The translations under genes and the position numbers were made by a program. A model generated the notes under the pieces. That model had not been told where the DNA came from. It made no database searches and saw only the letters and a list, made by a program, of their open reading frames with translations. 39,648 bases of DNA from a virus. Where the stretch lies: positions 1 through 39,648 of IMG/VR virus record IMGVR_UViG_3300045988_050273; one strand, 5' to 3'. Positions 30,758 through 39,648 of this stretch are shown here, in pieces. How positions within the stretch are numbered: position 1 is the stretch's first letter; every line of letters begins with the position of its first letter.

Positions 30758-33700
30758 TGGACTTTTATTTAACAGACCGAAGATTTAACCTTTTAGGCGT
30801 AGTTTCGACGAGTTCCGAAGCTACGCTGCAAATGGTTAACGAAACCGACACGCAAAGCATAGAGAACGCAGCCCGTGAGTTTGAGGGAACTATCTTATTC
30901 CCTACGCGACTATCAACTAAGATTAAGACGCTGGCAGCTTATGGCAATTATCTGCTATACAAGGACGAGCAAGGGAAATCAGTTTTCATGACGATCATGG
31001 AGATCGAACATGACCCGTTAAACGGCACACACTTTATACGTGCCGAAGACGCTGGCATGGACTTATTAAATGGCTACGTCGGACCTTACAAAGCAACCAA
31101 GGCAATGACATTCAAACAATACTTTGACGTTTTCGCCAAAGGTACCGGGTTTACGATCGGGATCAACGAAATCACGGACCTATCGCGTACCCTCGAATGG
31201 GAAAGCGAAGAGCAGACGATCCTTGCCAGAATGTTATCCGTGGCAACGCAGTTCGACAATGCAGAAATAGCATTCAGTTTCACGATAACCGGTACGCAAG
31301 TGGTCCAGCGGCGCCTTGACGTTATGAGAAAACGCGGCGCAGACAATCGGATCATTTTATATGCTAACCGTGACATTAACAACATAGTAACCAAAGGGAA
31401 CATATACGACCTAGCTACAGCGCTAGAAGTGTCGGGCGGTGAGATCGACGGCGTACCAGTTACGCTTAAGGGCTACAGCTACACGGACCCCACGGGTCGT
31501 TTTGAATTGGACCCAGCAACGGGTATCCTTTACGACACGGAAAGCGTGAAAGTTTGGTCGCGTCTTTTGAGCAACGACAACCCGAACCCAGAGAACGGTT
31601 ACATCAAGCGCCTTAAGTCGTATGAAACAACGAACAAAAAGACTTTACTTGATAACGCGATCCGCGAACTAACGAAAGTAAGCCAGCCGATTGTCAACTA
31701 TGAAACCGACATAAGCAAGCTGCCGGATAACGTACTTATCGGCGACACGGTTTACCTATCCGACGAAAATCAAGAGTTATATTTATCGGCCCGAGTTTTA
31801 ACCCTGGACCGTTGCTACAGCGAAGAAACCTACACGGCAACCCTGGGGGACTATTTGATCGTAGAGGACGGCCTGGCCTTGTCACTCAAAGAGATCGCAG
31901 CGCAGCTTAAAGCCGAAACGACGTACTTATGGATACGGTACGCCGACGACGATCAAGGTAGCGGCATGAGCCCAAGCCCTAGCGGCAAAGAGTATATAGC
32001 AATCAAAAGCGTCGTAGGCGTACCAACTGCCAGCGACGACCCGGACGACTATATCGGCCTTTGGCAGAAGTTTGTAGGGGATCAAGGTATACCAGGGCCG
32101 CAAGGTCCGAACGGGGCTACGACGTACACCTGGTTAAAATACGCCGACGACGATCAAGGTAGCGGCATGAGCGACGACCCAGCTGGCAAAATGTATATAG
32201 GGCTAGCAACCAACAAAACGACGCCGACCGAAAGCACGAACCCGGCAGACTATAAGTGGCAGCTAGTCAAAGGTGAGGACGGCCAAGATGCACACGTTTA
32301 CCAGGCCTACGCCTTTGACGAAACCGGTACGGATCGCTTTACGATACCTTACCCGAACGAAAATATAATCTTAAATTCTCAATTTAAGAATGGTACGACG
32401 GGTTGGCTAACTGGTAATGCAAGTGTGGAAGTTGACACCACTAATAAGCTTGATGGGCTTAACTCTATGAAAGTAGGCCTTAACGCTGATAGTACCGCCG
32501 GCACAGCGTCAAGGGCATTTTACAGATATAATGGCGAGACCGGTCTAGTACCGTCCAGCGGATCGTTATGGCTAAAAGCCGATAAGGACGTAAAAATAGG
32601 TATAAGAACCGATGGCGGTACTAAAACAGGTAGCTACAATGTAACTACAGAGTGGCAGCGGTTCGAGATACCTAAAGACGGCTACATGGTATTGATATGG
32701 GCATTTAGCTCATGTGTATTATGGGTAGCAAAGCCCAAAGTAGAGAATAGTTCGGTAACAACCATTTACACACCAGCGCCAAGCGAAGACTTTGCCAACG
32801 CTTACCCTACTTTCATGGGGACCTATGCAACGTTCGACGACACGCAAAGCACAGACCCAGCAGACTACACTTGGGCCAGAATGCTAGGTAATTCCGGGGT
32901 CGGTATCAAGACGACGGTCGTAGAATATGCCGTCGGTACCAGCGCCACTACAGCGCCGACTAGCGGCTGGCAAGCGACACCGCCAGCAGTTGGGACTAAC
33001 CAGTACCTATGGACCCGGATCACTTTGACCTATGACGACGAGAGCGTCGTTACAAGCTATAGCGTGGGCGCCAGAGGGGCGCAAGGTCCACAAGGTCCGA
33101 CAGGTCCAAGCGGTAACGGGATCGACACCAGCGTCGTAACATACGCAGCTGGGACCACAGGGACAACAGCGCCAGCTACAGGGTGGCAAGCAACGCCGCC
33201 AACCGTGGCAGCGAACCAATTCCTTTGGACAAAGATCGTACTTACCTATACCGACGGATCAAGTACCACGTCGTACGCCGTTGGTAAAATGGGGGCACAA
33301 GGTCCACAAGGGGCCAAAGGTGACACCGGACCCCAGGGGCCTACAGGTCCGACGGGTAACGGGATCAGCAGCAGTACGATCAGCTACGCGGCTAGCACGT
33401 CGGGGACAACGGCGCCAAGTACAGGCTGGCAAGGAACACCACCGACAGTTGCGGCTAACTCTTATCTTTGGACCCGTGTGATTATAAATTACACGGACGG
33501 AAGCAGCAGCACGTCGTACAGCGTCGGTAAAATGGGGGCACAAGGCCCACAAGGTAATGCTGGGGCACAAGGTCCACAAGGGCCAACTGGTAACGGGATC
33601 GACACCAGCGTCGTAACATACGCGGCAAGTGCTAGCGGTACGACGGCGCCAAGTACAGGTTGGGCTACCACGCCACCAACCGTGGCTGCAAACCAATTTC

Positions 33701-35253
33701 TTTGGACCAAGGTAGTAATAACTTACACCAACGGGACAAGTACAACCGCGTACAGCGTCGGTAAAATGGGGGCACAAGGTCCACAGGGGGCCAAAGGTGA
33801 CACGGGACCCCAAGGGCCAACAGGTCCGACGGGTAACGGGATAGCAAACAGTACGATCCACTATGCAGCCAGCACGTCGGGGACCACGGCGCCAAGTACA
33901 GGCTGGCAAACTACGCCGCCGACCGTTGCTGCCAATTCGTTCCTATGGACCCGAGTAGTTATTAACTACACCGACGGCACAAGTTCGACGTCGTACAGCG
34001 TCGGTAAAATGGGGGCACAAGGCCCACAAGGTAATGCCGGGGCACAAGGTCCACAAGGGCCAACAGGTAACGGTATCAGCAGCAGCGCCGTCAATTATGC
34101 AGCAAGTGCTAGCGGTACGACGGCACCAACTAGCGGCTGGGCTACAACGCCACCGACCGTGGCAGCTAACCAATTCTTATGGACCCGAGTAATAATCACT
34201 TACACCAATGGGAACACGACAACCGCGTACAGCGTCGGTAAAATGGGGGCACAGGGTCCAAAAGGCGACACCGGGGCACAGGGTCCGAAAGGGCCACAAG
34301 GTCCACAGGGGCCGCAAGGTATCCAGGGCGTAGCCTACTTAAGCCCAACGCAGCCAAGCACGACGCAAAACGGGTCACAGTGGTTTAAAACGGTATCGAC
34401 GACTAACCGGACAGTAACGGACATATATACGTATGTTACCGGGTCTGGTTGGGTCAAGACACCACTGGCAGCTGGTACTTTGGCCGTGACGTCGATCAGT
34501 GCAATAAGCGCCAACCTGGGTGACATAACAGCCGGTACGATTAACGGGGTGTCGATCACAGGGGCCGGGCTTTATTCAGACTTTGACCGGGCCAATGTAA
34601 GCGGTGGGACAGTGTGGACTAAGGGAAAACTGACCATGGCAAACGGTAGGTTTAGAAATGACTTTCAAGAGTATACAAAATCTAGTGGAACAGTAACCCG
34701 GAACGGTTTTTCGGAACTTACCCACGAAGCGCTAACCATGGCCAGTTTTAATGGTACCCAGACGACCACAGTGGACCGATATCTGCAGATTAACCCGTTC
34801 AGGATTAACATGATAGACAGCCAAGGGCGCGGCGGTAACTTGACTTTCCAGGACTTGTACAGCCTAGGCAAGATAGGCATTCCGGCCGGAAGTGGCTGGC
34901 GGCAATATAATACAAGTTCTAGTTCGGGTAACTTCCCAAGTGCTACCAGGGTCGGCCGTGTGGTACAGCTTGCCGGGGCCTTTGCGCCTAACGCAGCGAA
35001 GCCGTCCGGTACCGAGAACGAGGTCATGGGAACACTGCCCGTGGGCTACCGACCAGATTCGGACTGTAACTTTATCTGCCAGGGAACCAGGGCGAACATA
35101 TATTTATTAGTCGTAAAGGCAAATGGGCAACTAATGTTTAACCGTTACCGCGGCGATACTGGATCAAGCAACAACTATAAATTTGACTACAAGGACTGTA
35201 CAGAGGGCGCTTGGATCAACATAGCTTGTACCTTTGCTGCCGCAGACGTATAG
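30757..35253 (+). CDS. Tail-associated / receptor-binding fibre protein (Tal N-terminal domain, collagen-like repeats, repeated beta-rich modules)
   Basis: Track ORF 30724 trimmed to ATG 30757 (TAATG overlap; GAGAGGGG SD). The N-terminus [16 protein letters not shown] is typical of phage minor structural / Tal proteins. G-X-Y runs and six repeated modules span 32887..34329. Confidence 0.85.
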   Translation: MDFYLTDRRFNLLGVVSTSSEATLQMVNETDTQSIENAAREFEGTILFPTRLSTKIKTLAAYGNYLLYKDEQGKSVFMTIMEIEHDPLNGTHFIRAEDAGMDLLNGYVGPYKATKAMTFKQYFDVFAKGTGFTIGINEITDLSRTLEWESEEQTILARMLSVATQFDNAEIAFSFTITGTQVVQRRLDVMRKRGADNRIILYANRDINNIVTKGNIYDLATALEVSGGEIDGVPVTLKGYSYTDPTGRFELDPATGILYDTESVKVWSRLLSNDNPNPENGYIKRLKSYETTNKKTLLDNAIRELTKVSQPIVNYETDISKLPDNVLIGDTVYLSDENQELYLSARVLTLDRCYSEETYTATLGDYLIVEDGLALSLKEIAAQLKAETTYLWIRYADDDQGSGMSPSPSGKEYIAIKSVVGVPTASDDPDDYIGLWQKFVGDQGIPGPQGPNGATTYTWLKYADDDQGSGMSDDPAGKMYIGLATNKTTPTESTNPADYKWQLVKGEDGQDAHVYQAYAFDETGTDRFTIPYPNENIILNSQFKNGTTGWLTGNASVEVDTTNKLDGLNSMKVGLNADSTAGTASRAFYRYNGETGLVPSSGSLWLKADKDVKIGIRTDGGTKTGSYNVTTEWQRFEIPKDGYMVLIWAFSSCVLWVAKPKVENSSVTTIYTPAPSEDFANAYPTFMGTYATFDDTQSTDPADYTWARMLGNSGVGIKTTVVEYAVGTSATTAPTSGWQATPPAVGTNQYLWTRITLTYDDESVVTSYSVGARGAQGPQGPTGPSGNGIDTSVVTYAAGTTGTTAPATGWQATPPTVAANQFLWTKIVLTYTDGSSTTSYAVGKMGAQGPQGAKGDTGPQGPTGPTGNGISSSTISYAASTSGTTAPSTGWQGTPPTVAANSYLWTRVIINYTDGSSSTSYSVGKMGAQGPQGNAGAQGPQGPTGNGIDTSVVTYAASASGTTAPSTGWATTPPTVAANQFLWTKVVITYTNGTSTTAYSVGKMGAQGPQGAKGDTGPQGPTGPTGNGIANSTIHYAASTSGTTAPSTGWQTTPPTVAANSFLWTRVVINYTDGTSSTSYSVGKMGAQGPQGNAGAQGPQGPTGNGISSSAVNYAASASGTTAPTSGWATTPPTVAANQFLWTRVIITYTNGNTTTAYSVGKMGAQGPKGDTGAQGPKGPQGPQGPQGIQGVAYLSPTQPSTTQNGSQWFKTVSTTNRTVTDIYTYVTGSGWVKTPLAAGTLAVTSISAISANLGDITAGTINGVSITGAGLYSDFDRANVSGGTVWTKGKLTMANGRFRNDFQEYTKSSGTVTRNGFSELTHEALTMASFNGTQTTTVDRYLQINPFRINMIDSQGRGGNLTFQDLYSLGKIGIPAGSGWRQYNTSSSSGNFPSATRVGRVVQLAGAFAPNAAKPSGTENEVMGTLPVGYRPDSDCNFICQGTRANIYLLVVKANGQLMFNRYRGDTGSSNNYKFDYKDCTEGAWINIACTFAAADV
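32887..34329 (+). repeat. In-frame repeat array inside the fibre gene (six ~62-81 aa modules separated by collagen-like G-X-Y runs)
   Basis: Module starts are at 32887, 33076, 33292, 33535, 33769 and 34012, with a final G-X-Y run at 34246..34329. The block 33292..33768 is near-duplicated at 33769..34245 (477-bp period). Confidence 0.9.
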
Positions 35254-35264
35254 GAGGGGATAGC

Positions 35265-35495
35265 ATGACAGAACTACAGAAGCAATTTATCGAAGCATAC
35301 GAAGCAGCTGGCCGGACCATAACCGGTCAGGCTGCCGAGCTTTTTCAAGAGTTACTAGAAAAAGAGTTCGACGACGACCCGGAGAAAATGACCGCGTTTA
35401 TCGATTCACTACAGGAACCAGAGCCAGCCGCGATTTCACTTGAAGACCTACAGGCTGCCATGGTAGAATTAACTAACATGATTCTAGGGGGGTGA
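35265..35495 (+). CDS. Hypothetical protein (76 aa)
   Basis: Track ORF 35211 trimmed to ATG 35265 (AGGAGGGG 35253..35260). Confidence 0.7.
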   Translation: MTELQKQFIEAYEAAGRTITGQAAELFQELLEKEFDDDPEKMTAFIDSLQEPEPAAISLEDLQAAMVELTNMILGG

Positions 35496-35500
35496 AAAAC

Positions 35501-35623
35501 ATGAAACAGTATCCAGCATTATCGAAAATCTTTGCTGCCGAAGTCTTAGAGGGTAGAATGACGATTGACGAAGTACCAGAATTGCTACGCCAACAGGTCC
35601 GCGAAATTTTAGGACTTGCTTAA
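35501..35623 (+). CDS. Small protein (40 aa), XkdX-like position; not in the ORF track
   Basis: ATG 35501 follows GGGGGGTG. The translation is MKQYPALSKIFAAEVLEGRMTIDEVPELLRQQVREILGLA. Small proteins of this type commonly sit between fibre and lysis genes. Confidence 0.5.
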   Translation: MKQYPALSKIFAAEVLEGRMTIDEVPELLRQQVREILGLA

Positions 35624-35647
35624 ACAAACTACGTTAGGGGTTAGATT

Positions 35648-36049
35648 ATGAACCAGCCAGTACAGATCACTAACGGGGAATGGGCCGACACCACCAAAAA
35701 GATCGATATGCACGAGCAAGATATCGACTATCTTAAAAAGCGGACCGAACGGCACGGCGATCGACTTGACCGGATCGAAGACCAGTATATCGCGCTACCG
35801 CAAGCTATCCAGGAAGCAGTTACGACCGGTATGGCACCAGTCATGGAAAAGCTACTTAAGCATGACGAACGACTGGCGCAAATGGACCTTGAAAAGGTCA
35901 AAGAGGAAAAAGAACGTTTTGAGCGACAGGTCGAGGAAGACAAAGAACGACGGCGCTGGCTTATCCGATCCATTGTAGGCGCAGTGATCGGGGCCACAGT
36001 AGGCCCAGCAATCACTTTGATTATATTTATTTTAGTAAACAACGCCTAG
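35648..36049 (+). CDS. XhlA-like membrane-anchored coiled-coil protein (lysis-associated, putative)
   Basis: N-terminal coiled coil plus a single C-terminal TM helix (WLIRSIVGAVIGATVGPAITLIIFILV). It lies upstream of the holin and endolysin genes. Confidence 0.5.
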   Translation: MNQPVQITNGEWADTTKKIDMHEQDIDYLKKRTERHGDRLDRIEDQYIALPQAIQEAVTTGMAPVMEKLLKHDERLAQMDLEKVKEEKERFERQVEEDKERRRWLIRSIVGAVIGATVGPAITLIIFILVNNA

Positions 36050-36065
36050 AAAGGGGCTGGAACAA

Positions 36066-36173
36066 ATGGCAACTAAGACAACGAAAAGCGGCGCTGGTAA
36101 CTTACTTTGTGCTATCGGCGTCCATAAGTGGGTTAACGGCAAGTGTAGCCGTTGCGGCAAAAAGAAACCATAG
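36066..36173 (+). CDS. Small Cys-rich protein (35 aa); not in the ORF track
   Basis: ATG 36066 follows AAAGGGG. The translation is MATKTTKSGAGNLLCAIGVHKWVNGKCSRCGKKKP, with a C..H...C..C pattern. Confidence 0.4.
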   Translation: MATKTTKSGAGNLLCAIGVHKWVNGKCSRCGKKKP

Positions 36174-36185
36174 GAGGTAAACGAC

Positions 36186-36392
36186 ATGCAGTTAAGCGAC
36201 AAGACTTATAACATTGTAAAATGGTTCGTTTCTATTTTCTTACCAGCACTGGCCACCTTAATCGGTACGATCGGCAAGGCCGTCAACTGGCCACACACGG
36301 ACCTAACGCTGACGATCCTAGGGGCAGTTACCGTATTTCTAGGGGCAATCATGTTACACAGTACAGCACAGTACAACAAGGGGGACGAATAA
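36186..36392 (+). CDS. Holin (Dp-1-like family)
   Basis: DKTYNIVKWFVSIFLPALATLIGTIGKAVNWPHTDLTLTILGAVTVFLGAI matches the Dp-1 holin pattern (Y..LKW.a.i.LPA..T.y..l..iW.lP). Two TM helices; directly upstream of the endolysin gene. Confidence 0.8.
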   Translation: MQLSDKTYNIVKWFVSIFLPALATLIGTIGKAVNWPHTDLTLTILGAVTVFLGAIMLHSTAQYNKGDE

Positions 36393-36393
36393 C

Positions 36394-37254
36394 ATGAGCA
36401 TTCCGACACCAGTAGTTATCGATATCAGCGAATGGCAAGCACCGTCGTCGATCAATTACGACAAACTAGCCAAGGCGATCGACGCGGTTATCATTCGGGT
36501 CCAGTACGGGTCCAATTACGTCGACAAGCATTACAAGACCCACATTGCCGAATTTAAAAAACGTGGCATTCCGATCGCAGTATACGCTTGGGTCCGAGGG
36601 TCTAGCCTATCCGACATGGAAACCGAAGCCAAAGACTTCTATGCACGTGCCAAAGCATATGATCCAGCCTTTTGGTGGTTAGACGTCGAAGAGAAAAGCA
36701 TGGGCGATATGAGAAACGGCGTCGAGAAATACCGCGCTAAACTCAAAGCCTTGGGCGCTAAGAAAGTCGGCGTATATGTAGCTAACCATTTATTTAGATC
36801 GTTTAATTTAAACCTGGCGCCATTCGACGGAGTTTGGATACCAACCTACGGCAGCAATAATGGTCAGTACAATGGATCGAACCCGACGGCAACGTCTAAC
36901 TATGATATCCACCAGTACACGTCTAAAGGTAAACGCAACGGCTATAGCGGAGATTTGGACCTTAACCGGATCGTACGCAAAGACCTAGCCTACTTCTTTG
37001 GCGGCGCTAGCAAGTCGCAGTATTACGACAAGCCAGGCTGGTACACGTTTATCAAAGACGACACGCTTTACACTAGCCCAAGCTTTGGCAAAGACAAAGT
37101 AAGCGGTATTAAAGTCGGCAAGGGTACGCGGTTCTACGCGGACGAAGTTACTACCAACCCGTCGGGAACTGCCAAGCGCGGCGTAATCTTGAAGTTCGGC
37201 AAGTCTGGGAAACGCTACTTTACACTGAATAAAGACTACGTAAAACCTAGCTAG
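36394..37254 (+). CDS. Endolysin: GH25 muramidase with a C-terminal SH3-like cell-wall-binding domain
   Basis: VIDISEWQ...DAVIIRVQYGSNYVDKHY...GIPIAVYAW...WWLDVEE fits the GH25 catalytic pattern. The C-terminal roughly 80 aa (YYDKPGWYTFIKDDTLYTSPSF...) look SH3b-like. Confidence 0.85.
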   Translation: MSIPTPVVIDISEWQAPSSINYDKLAKAIDAVIIRVQYGSNYVDKHYKTHIAEFKKRGIPIAVYAWVRGSSLSDMETEAKDFYARAKAYDPAFWWLDVEEKSMGDMRNGVEKYRAKLKALGAKKVGVYVANHLFRSFNLNLAPFDGVWIPTYGSNNGQYNGSNPTATSNYDIHQYTSKGKRNGYSGDLDLNRIVRKDLAYFFGGASKSQYYDKPGWYTFIKDDTLYTSPSFGKDKVSGIKVGKGTRFYADEVTTNPSGTAKRGVILKFGKSGKRYFTLNKDYVKPS

Positions 37255-37266
37255 AACAGCGTTAAG

Positions 37267-37293
37267 CGAGGAATTTAAAAATTTCTCGTTTTT
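37267..37293 (+). terminator. Intrinsic terminator after the endolysin gene
   Basis: CGAGGAAT (37267..37274) pairs with ATTTCTCG (37281..37288), followed by TTTTT. Confidence 0.6.
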
Positions 37294-37297
37294 CTTG

Positions 37298-37326
37298 TTG
37301 ACAAATTATGCCTTTGGGCATATACT
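37298..37326 (+). promoter_or_regulatory. Near-consensus sigma-A promoter P3 with operator palindrome
   Basis: TTGACA (37298..37303), 17-nt spacer, TATACT (37321..37326). TATGCC-TTTG-GGCATA lies at 37307..37322. The upstream context TTTTTCTTGTTGACAAA parallels P1. Confidence 0.8.
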
Positions 37327-37412
37327 ATGGTCATGGAGAACGACGTAGGGTTAAACCGCTGGGGCAAACGAGTACGCGCCGTTCACAAAAAAACTTAAAA
37401 GGGTGGGTCACA

Positions 37413-37736
37413 ATGACAACAAAAACTTTTAAAGAAATACCAATACAGAAGAACCTTGAGGACTGGAAAATACTTGCCGAAAATGTACGACTTACCTTAC
37501 CGGCCACGATCGACCAGGAAGCACTAGACGCAGCGCTGGACGGAACAAAGCGCCAGCTAGCTACGCAGATCGGTATGGCAATAATCGACCACTATGGAAT
37601 GGCCAAAGCTGGAACACAGTACGAAAATTTATCTGGTATGACTTTGATAACCCAGGTCTATGGCGTAAGGGTTCCCGTCGGTGAGTTTGACGTAGTTTTC
37701 CAAGAGGCCCTAAGCAGCAAGGAGGTCGAGGACTAA
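37413..37736 (+). CDS. Hypothetical protein, paralogue of 9758..10090
   Basis: Track ORF 37308 would start inside the promoter, so it is trimmed to ATG 37413 (GGGTGG SD). Confidence 0.75.
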   Translation: MTTKTFKEIPIQKNLEDWKILAENVRLTLPATIDQEALDAALDGTKRQLATQIGMAIIDHYGMAKAGTQYENLSGMTLITQVYGVRVPVGEFDVVFQEALSSKEVED

Positions 37737-37737
37737 C

Positions 37738-38298
37738 GTGAAACTTTACAAAATTAAAAAGCTTGCCGAAGCCAACAAGGCCAGCTTGATCGTTAGGAAA
37801 AACGGCAAGGCAGTTTTATACACGAACTACTTTGCCATGCTTATCGACGTCGACGTCCCTGGTGACTTTGACAAGACGCTAAAGATCGACTACCCTGGCG
37901 TGGACCCGTATACATTCAAAGCAGCGCGCCATAAGATCATGGGCAGCCAGCGCGGCGTTACGTTTATCAAGGTATCGGTTAACGCGCTACTGGCCCAGGT
38001 TTATTCACTGGCTAACACGTTTGAGCACGTGACACTTTCAACTCACGGGATACGTACCGCTATATCGGCCAGCAACGTACGCAGCGGCTACAGTGGTCAG
38101 TTGTCAGTGTTATCCAGCGGCGAAAATAATAAGGTCATGCTCAACGTACGACGCTTGCTGGCAGCCGGAGAACTCGCTGCAGCGATCGGGGCCGATATTT
38201 TGACACTGACGGTAAGGGACGGACAAAGCAGCGTAGGCGTCAAGCTAGACGGTTTCAACGTCTATATGGCGCTGGCAATTACAAGGGAGGTAAAATAG
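37738..38298 (+). CDS. Hypothetical protein (186 aa), weak sliding-clamp-like C-terminal pattern
   Basis: GTG 37738. VMLNVRRLLAAGELAAAIGADILTLTVRDGQSSVGVKLDGFNVYMALAI is reminiscent of the beta-clamp domain pattern (fN.ryL.dal.....d.v.l......p........y.lmP). This rests on resemblance by eye only. Confidence 0.7.
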   Translation: MKLYKIKKLAEANKASLIVRKNGKAVLYTNYFAMLIDVDVPGDFDKTLKIDYPGVDPYTFKAARHKIMGSQRGVTFIKVSVNALLAQVYSLANTFEHVTLSTHGIRTAISASNVRSGYSGQLSVLSSGENNKVMLNVRRLLAAGELAAAIGADILTLTVRDGQSSVGVKLDGFNVYMALAITREVK

Positions 38299-38498
38299 TG
38301 AGTTACTACTTAAAGGTAAAGCCATTTTTCCGGCCATGGGTTAAGTGGCAGTATGTTACGTTTTGGGACTTTTATACCGGCAGCTGGTACGGCCTAACGA
38401 CCGACCGGGACGAAGCGCTAACTTTTTCCGGTAATGGGCTATACAAAGCCCAGGACCATTTTCTAGGTTGGCGCCAGAGGATCGAGGTGGCAGAATGA
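38298..38498 (+). CDS. Hypothetical protein (66 aa)
   Basis: GTG 38298 follows AGGGAGG. Confidence 0.65.
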   Translation: MSYYLKVKPFFRPWVKWQYVTFWDFYTGSWYGLTTDRDEALTFSGNGLYKAQDHFLGWRQRIEVAE

Positions 38499-38671
38499 TT
38501 TATTTCACGGCGTTAGTCGGCGCGTTTATTATGGCAGTCGGCGCTATATTTTTGGCAAGTATCACAGTTAACGCGATCAAGAAACCCAAGGAAAACCTAT
38601 ACGGCGCGGTAATTATTTGGGCCGTGGTTATATTGACCGCGATCATTTATAAACAGATCATAGGAGGATAA
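38495..38671 (+). CDS. Small membrane protein (58 aa, two TM helices)
   Basis: Track ORF 38468 trimmed to ATG 38495 (ATGA overlap; GAGGTGG SD). The translation starts MIYFTALVGAFIMAVGAIFLASI and continues ...AVIIWAVVILTAIIY. Confidence 0.65.
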   Translation: MIYFTALVGAFIMAVGAIFLASITVNAIKKPKENLYGAVIIWAVVILTAIIYKQIIGG

Positions 38672-38673
38672 CA

Positions 38674-39213
38674 ATGAATAAAACACAAGTAAAGGGGATC
38701 ATTACAGCCCACGAAACCAAAGCACTACGGAACAACGCCAAAGCCAGCGTAACTGCAGTTAACAAGGCAAAACGCGAATACTTTGAGCAGAACTACGGTA
38801 TGCAGCACCTAGAAGCCTTAAGAAGCAAAGTTGCCGAAACCGTCGACTTGATCCAAAGCATGGGCTTAGACGACGAGCATATCTACAGTAACAAAGTGAT
38901 CAGGCTAGCACACCTAGGGCACTCGCGATTGCAAAACGTGGAAGCTTTCACCGAGTACCTTATGGAACATATGGCAACTTACAAATACGACGATATCAAA
39001 GCGATCGAATACCGGTACGCGGCACGTCGTAAAGAGATAATTGAAGAGTACGAAAAACTTTACGAGATTCTAAAAACGAACACGGCAGCAGATACCTACG
39101 ACTATATCGTAAACACGGTCGGCATGGACCCAAGCCTTACCGATTACAAAGCGCCGGAAAAATTCGAGATCGCGCCGACTGCCGTACGGTCCGACTTGCT
39201 GGGGGTCGATTGA
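38674..39213 (+). CDS. Hypothetical protein (179 aa)
   Basis: ATG 38674 follows TAGGAGGA. Confidence 0.8.
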   Translation: MNKTQVKGIITAHETKALRNNAKASVTAVNKAKREYFEQNYGMQHLEALRSKVAETVDLIQSMGLDDEHIYSNKVIRLAHLGHSRLQNVEAFTEYLMEHMATYKYDDIKAIEYRYAARRKEIIEEYEKLYEILKTNTAADTYDYIVNTVGMDPSLTDYKAPEKFEIAPTAVRSDLLGVD

Positions 39214-39214
39214 T

Positions 39215-39451
39215 TTGTATGAATATATTGACTTAGAGCAGTTACGGATCGACGCCGCGGCCAGCGGTTACACGCAGCAGATCATTGCAGAGCGCGCCGG
39301 TATCCACCAGAGCAACGTGTCACGCTTCCTAAACGGTGAGCGCAGTTTATCATTTTTTTCGTACGTGAACCTGGTTAAGGCGATCGACGAAGACCCTAAA
39401 AAATATTTGACAGAAAAAGGCAAAAAAGTCTTTACTTTAGAATTAGAGTAG
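39215..39451 (+). CDS. Small helix-turn-helix DNA-binding protein (78 aa)
   Basis: TQQIIAERAGIHQSNVSRFLNGERS is an XRE/Cro-like HTH. TTG start at 39215 follows GGGGG. It is the last gene of the P3 operon and lies 13 nt upstream of an operator palindrome. Confidence 0.7.
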   Translation: MYEYIDLEQLRIDAAASGYTQQIIAERAGIHQSNVSRFLNGERSLSFFSYVNLVKAIDEDPKKYLTEKGKKVFTLELE

Positions 39452-39452
39452 G

Positions 39453-39481
39453 TTATGATTATTTATGCCAAAGGGCATAAT
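39453..39481 (+). promoter_or_regulatory. Third copy of the operator palindrome with a weaker promoter-like context
   Basis: TATGCC-AAAG-GGCATA lies at 39464..39479. A possible -35 TTATGA (39453..39458), 17-nt spacer and -10 CATAAT (39476..39481) surround it. Confidence 0.45.
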
Positions 39482-39529
39482 GTTCGGACACTTGGCGCTA
39501 TGGGAACGAAATGATAGCGGACCGCCGGA

Positions 39530-39648
39530 AAGACGGCAATGTATAAAAAAGGACTTAAGAGTAATAGTTATTGACAGCCGGAACAGACGGCACTAAAGTT
39601 GCATTTGCGAGTGTGAACTAGGCGGAAAACTAGGGAACACAAAAAAAG
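39530..39648. repeat. Terminal direct repeat, right copy (identical to 1..119)
   Basis: See the left copy at 1..119. Confidence 0.95.

Noticed and set aside
32887-34329. Regularly spaced repeats considered as a possible CRISPR array
   Set aside because: The units are 234-243 bp, are in-frame coding repeats of a 1498-aa protein, and have no short repeat/spacer alternation. No cas genes are present.
33007-34378. Cluster of minus-strand ORFs (33007..33219, 33259..33909, 33943..34173 and others)
   Set aside because: They are antisense to the collagen-like GGN-CCN repeats of the fibre gene, which lack stop codons on the opposite strand. They are not independent genes.
1-39648. Search for lysogeny functions, tRNAs, a reverse transcriptase/DGR, toxin-antitoxin pairs and DNA methyltransferases
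   Set aside because: None was recognised by eye in any ORF or gap. Absence cannot be proven without tRNAscan-type and profile searches.

Overview
The window is a complete tailed dsDNA phage genome. Bases 1..119 are identical to 39530..39648, so the unit length is about 39,529 bp, either circularly permuted or terminally redundant. All roughly 54 genes I can support are on the + strand, tightly packed and often joined by ATGA/TAATG overlaps, with Gram-positive-type Shine-Dalgarno sites (AAGGAGG). Gene content points to a siphovirus of a Bacillota host, probably lactic-acid-bacterium-like: Dp-1-type holin, GH25 endolysin, Prp protease, GP20-type scaffold, Gp15-type tail chaperone.

Gene order:
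- An early promoter lies inside the terminal repeat.
- Replication module, 215..14686: acidic protein, DUF2800 nuclease, DUF2815 SSB-like protein, family A DNA polymerase, VirE-type primase-helicase, VRR-NUC nuclease, Prp-like protease, DUF3310 protein, SNF2 helicase, and many small ORFs.
- A 422-bp repeat-rich gap.
- Packaging and head genes, 15109..22556.
- Connector and tail genes, 22621..35253.
- Lysis cassette, 35648..37254.
- A second consensus-promoter operon of unknown small proteins ending in an HTH gene, 37298..39451.

I recognise no integrase, divergent repressor, tRNA or CRISPR array.

Most interesting observations:
1. Two exact copies of the host-chromosome-type parS centromere (TGTTTCACGTGGAACA, 16/16 to the ParB/Spo0J consensus) sit at 9463 and 19506. 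Each is centred on the likely GTG start codon of an unrelated gene, and no parAB is encoded.
2. A roughly 260-bp structured non-coding element is present twice (14712..14972 and 24958..25216). It is built from arrays of CCT(A/C)GTA motifs, a promoter-like core and a conserved terminal hairpin.
3. The phage encodes a Prp (ribosomal L27-processing) protease, and L27-like LQRFA leader motifs occur on both the major capsid protein and, unusually, the major tail protein.
4. A CCC_UAA 'shifty stop' could fuse the capsid protein to an Ig-like (Big_2) domain by +1 frameshifting.
5. A TATGCC-N4-GGCATA operator recurs at three promoters, next to a small HTH gene.

All functional calls rest on motif recognition by eye. 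No database search was run.
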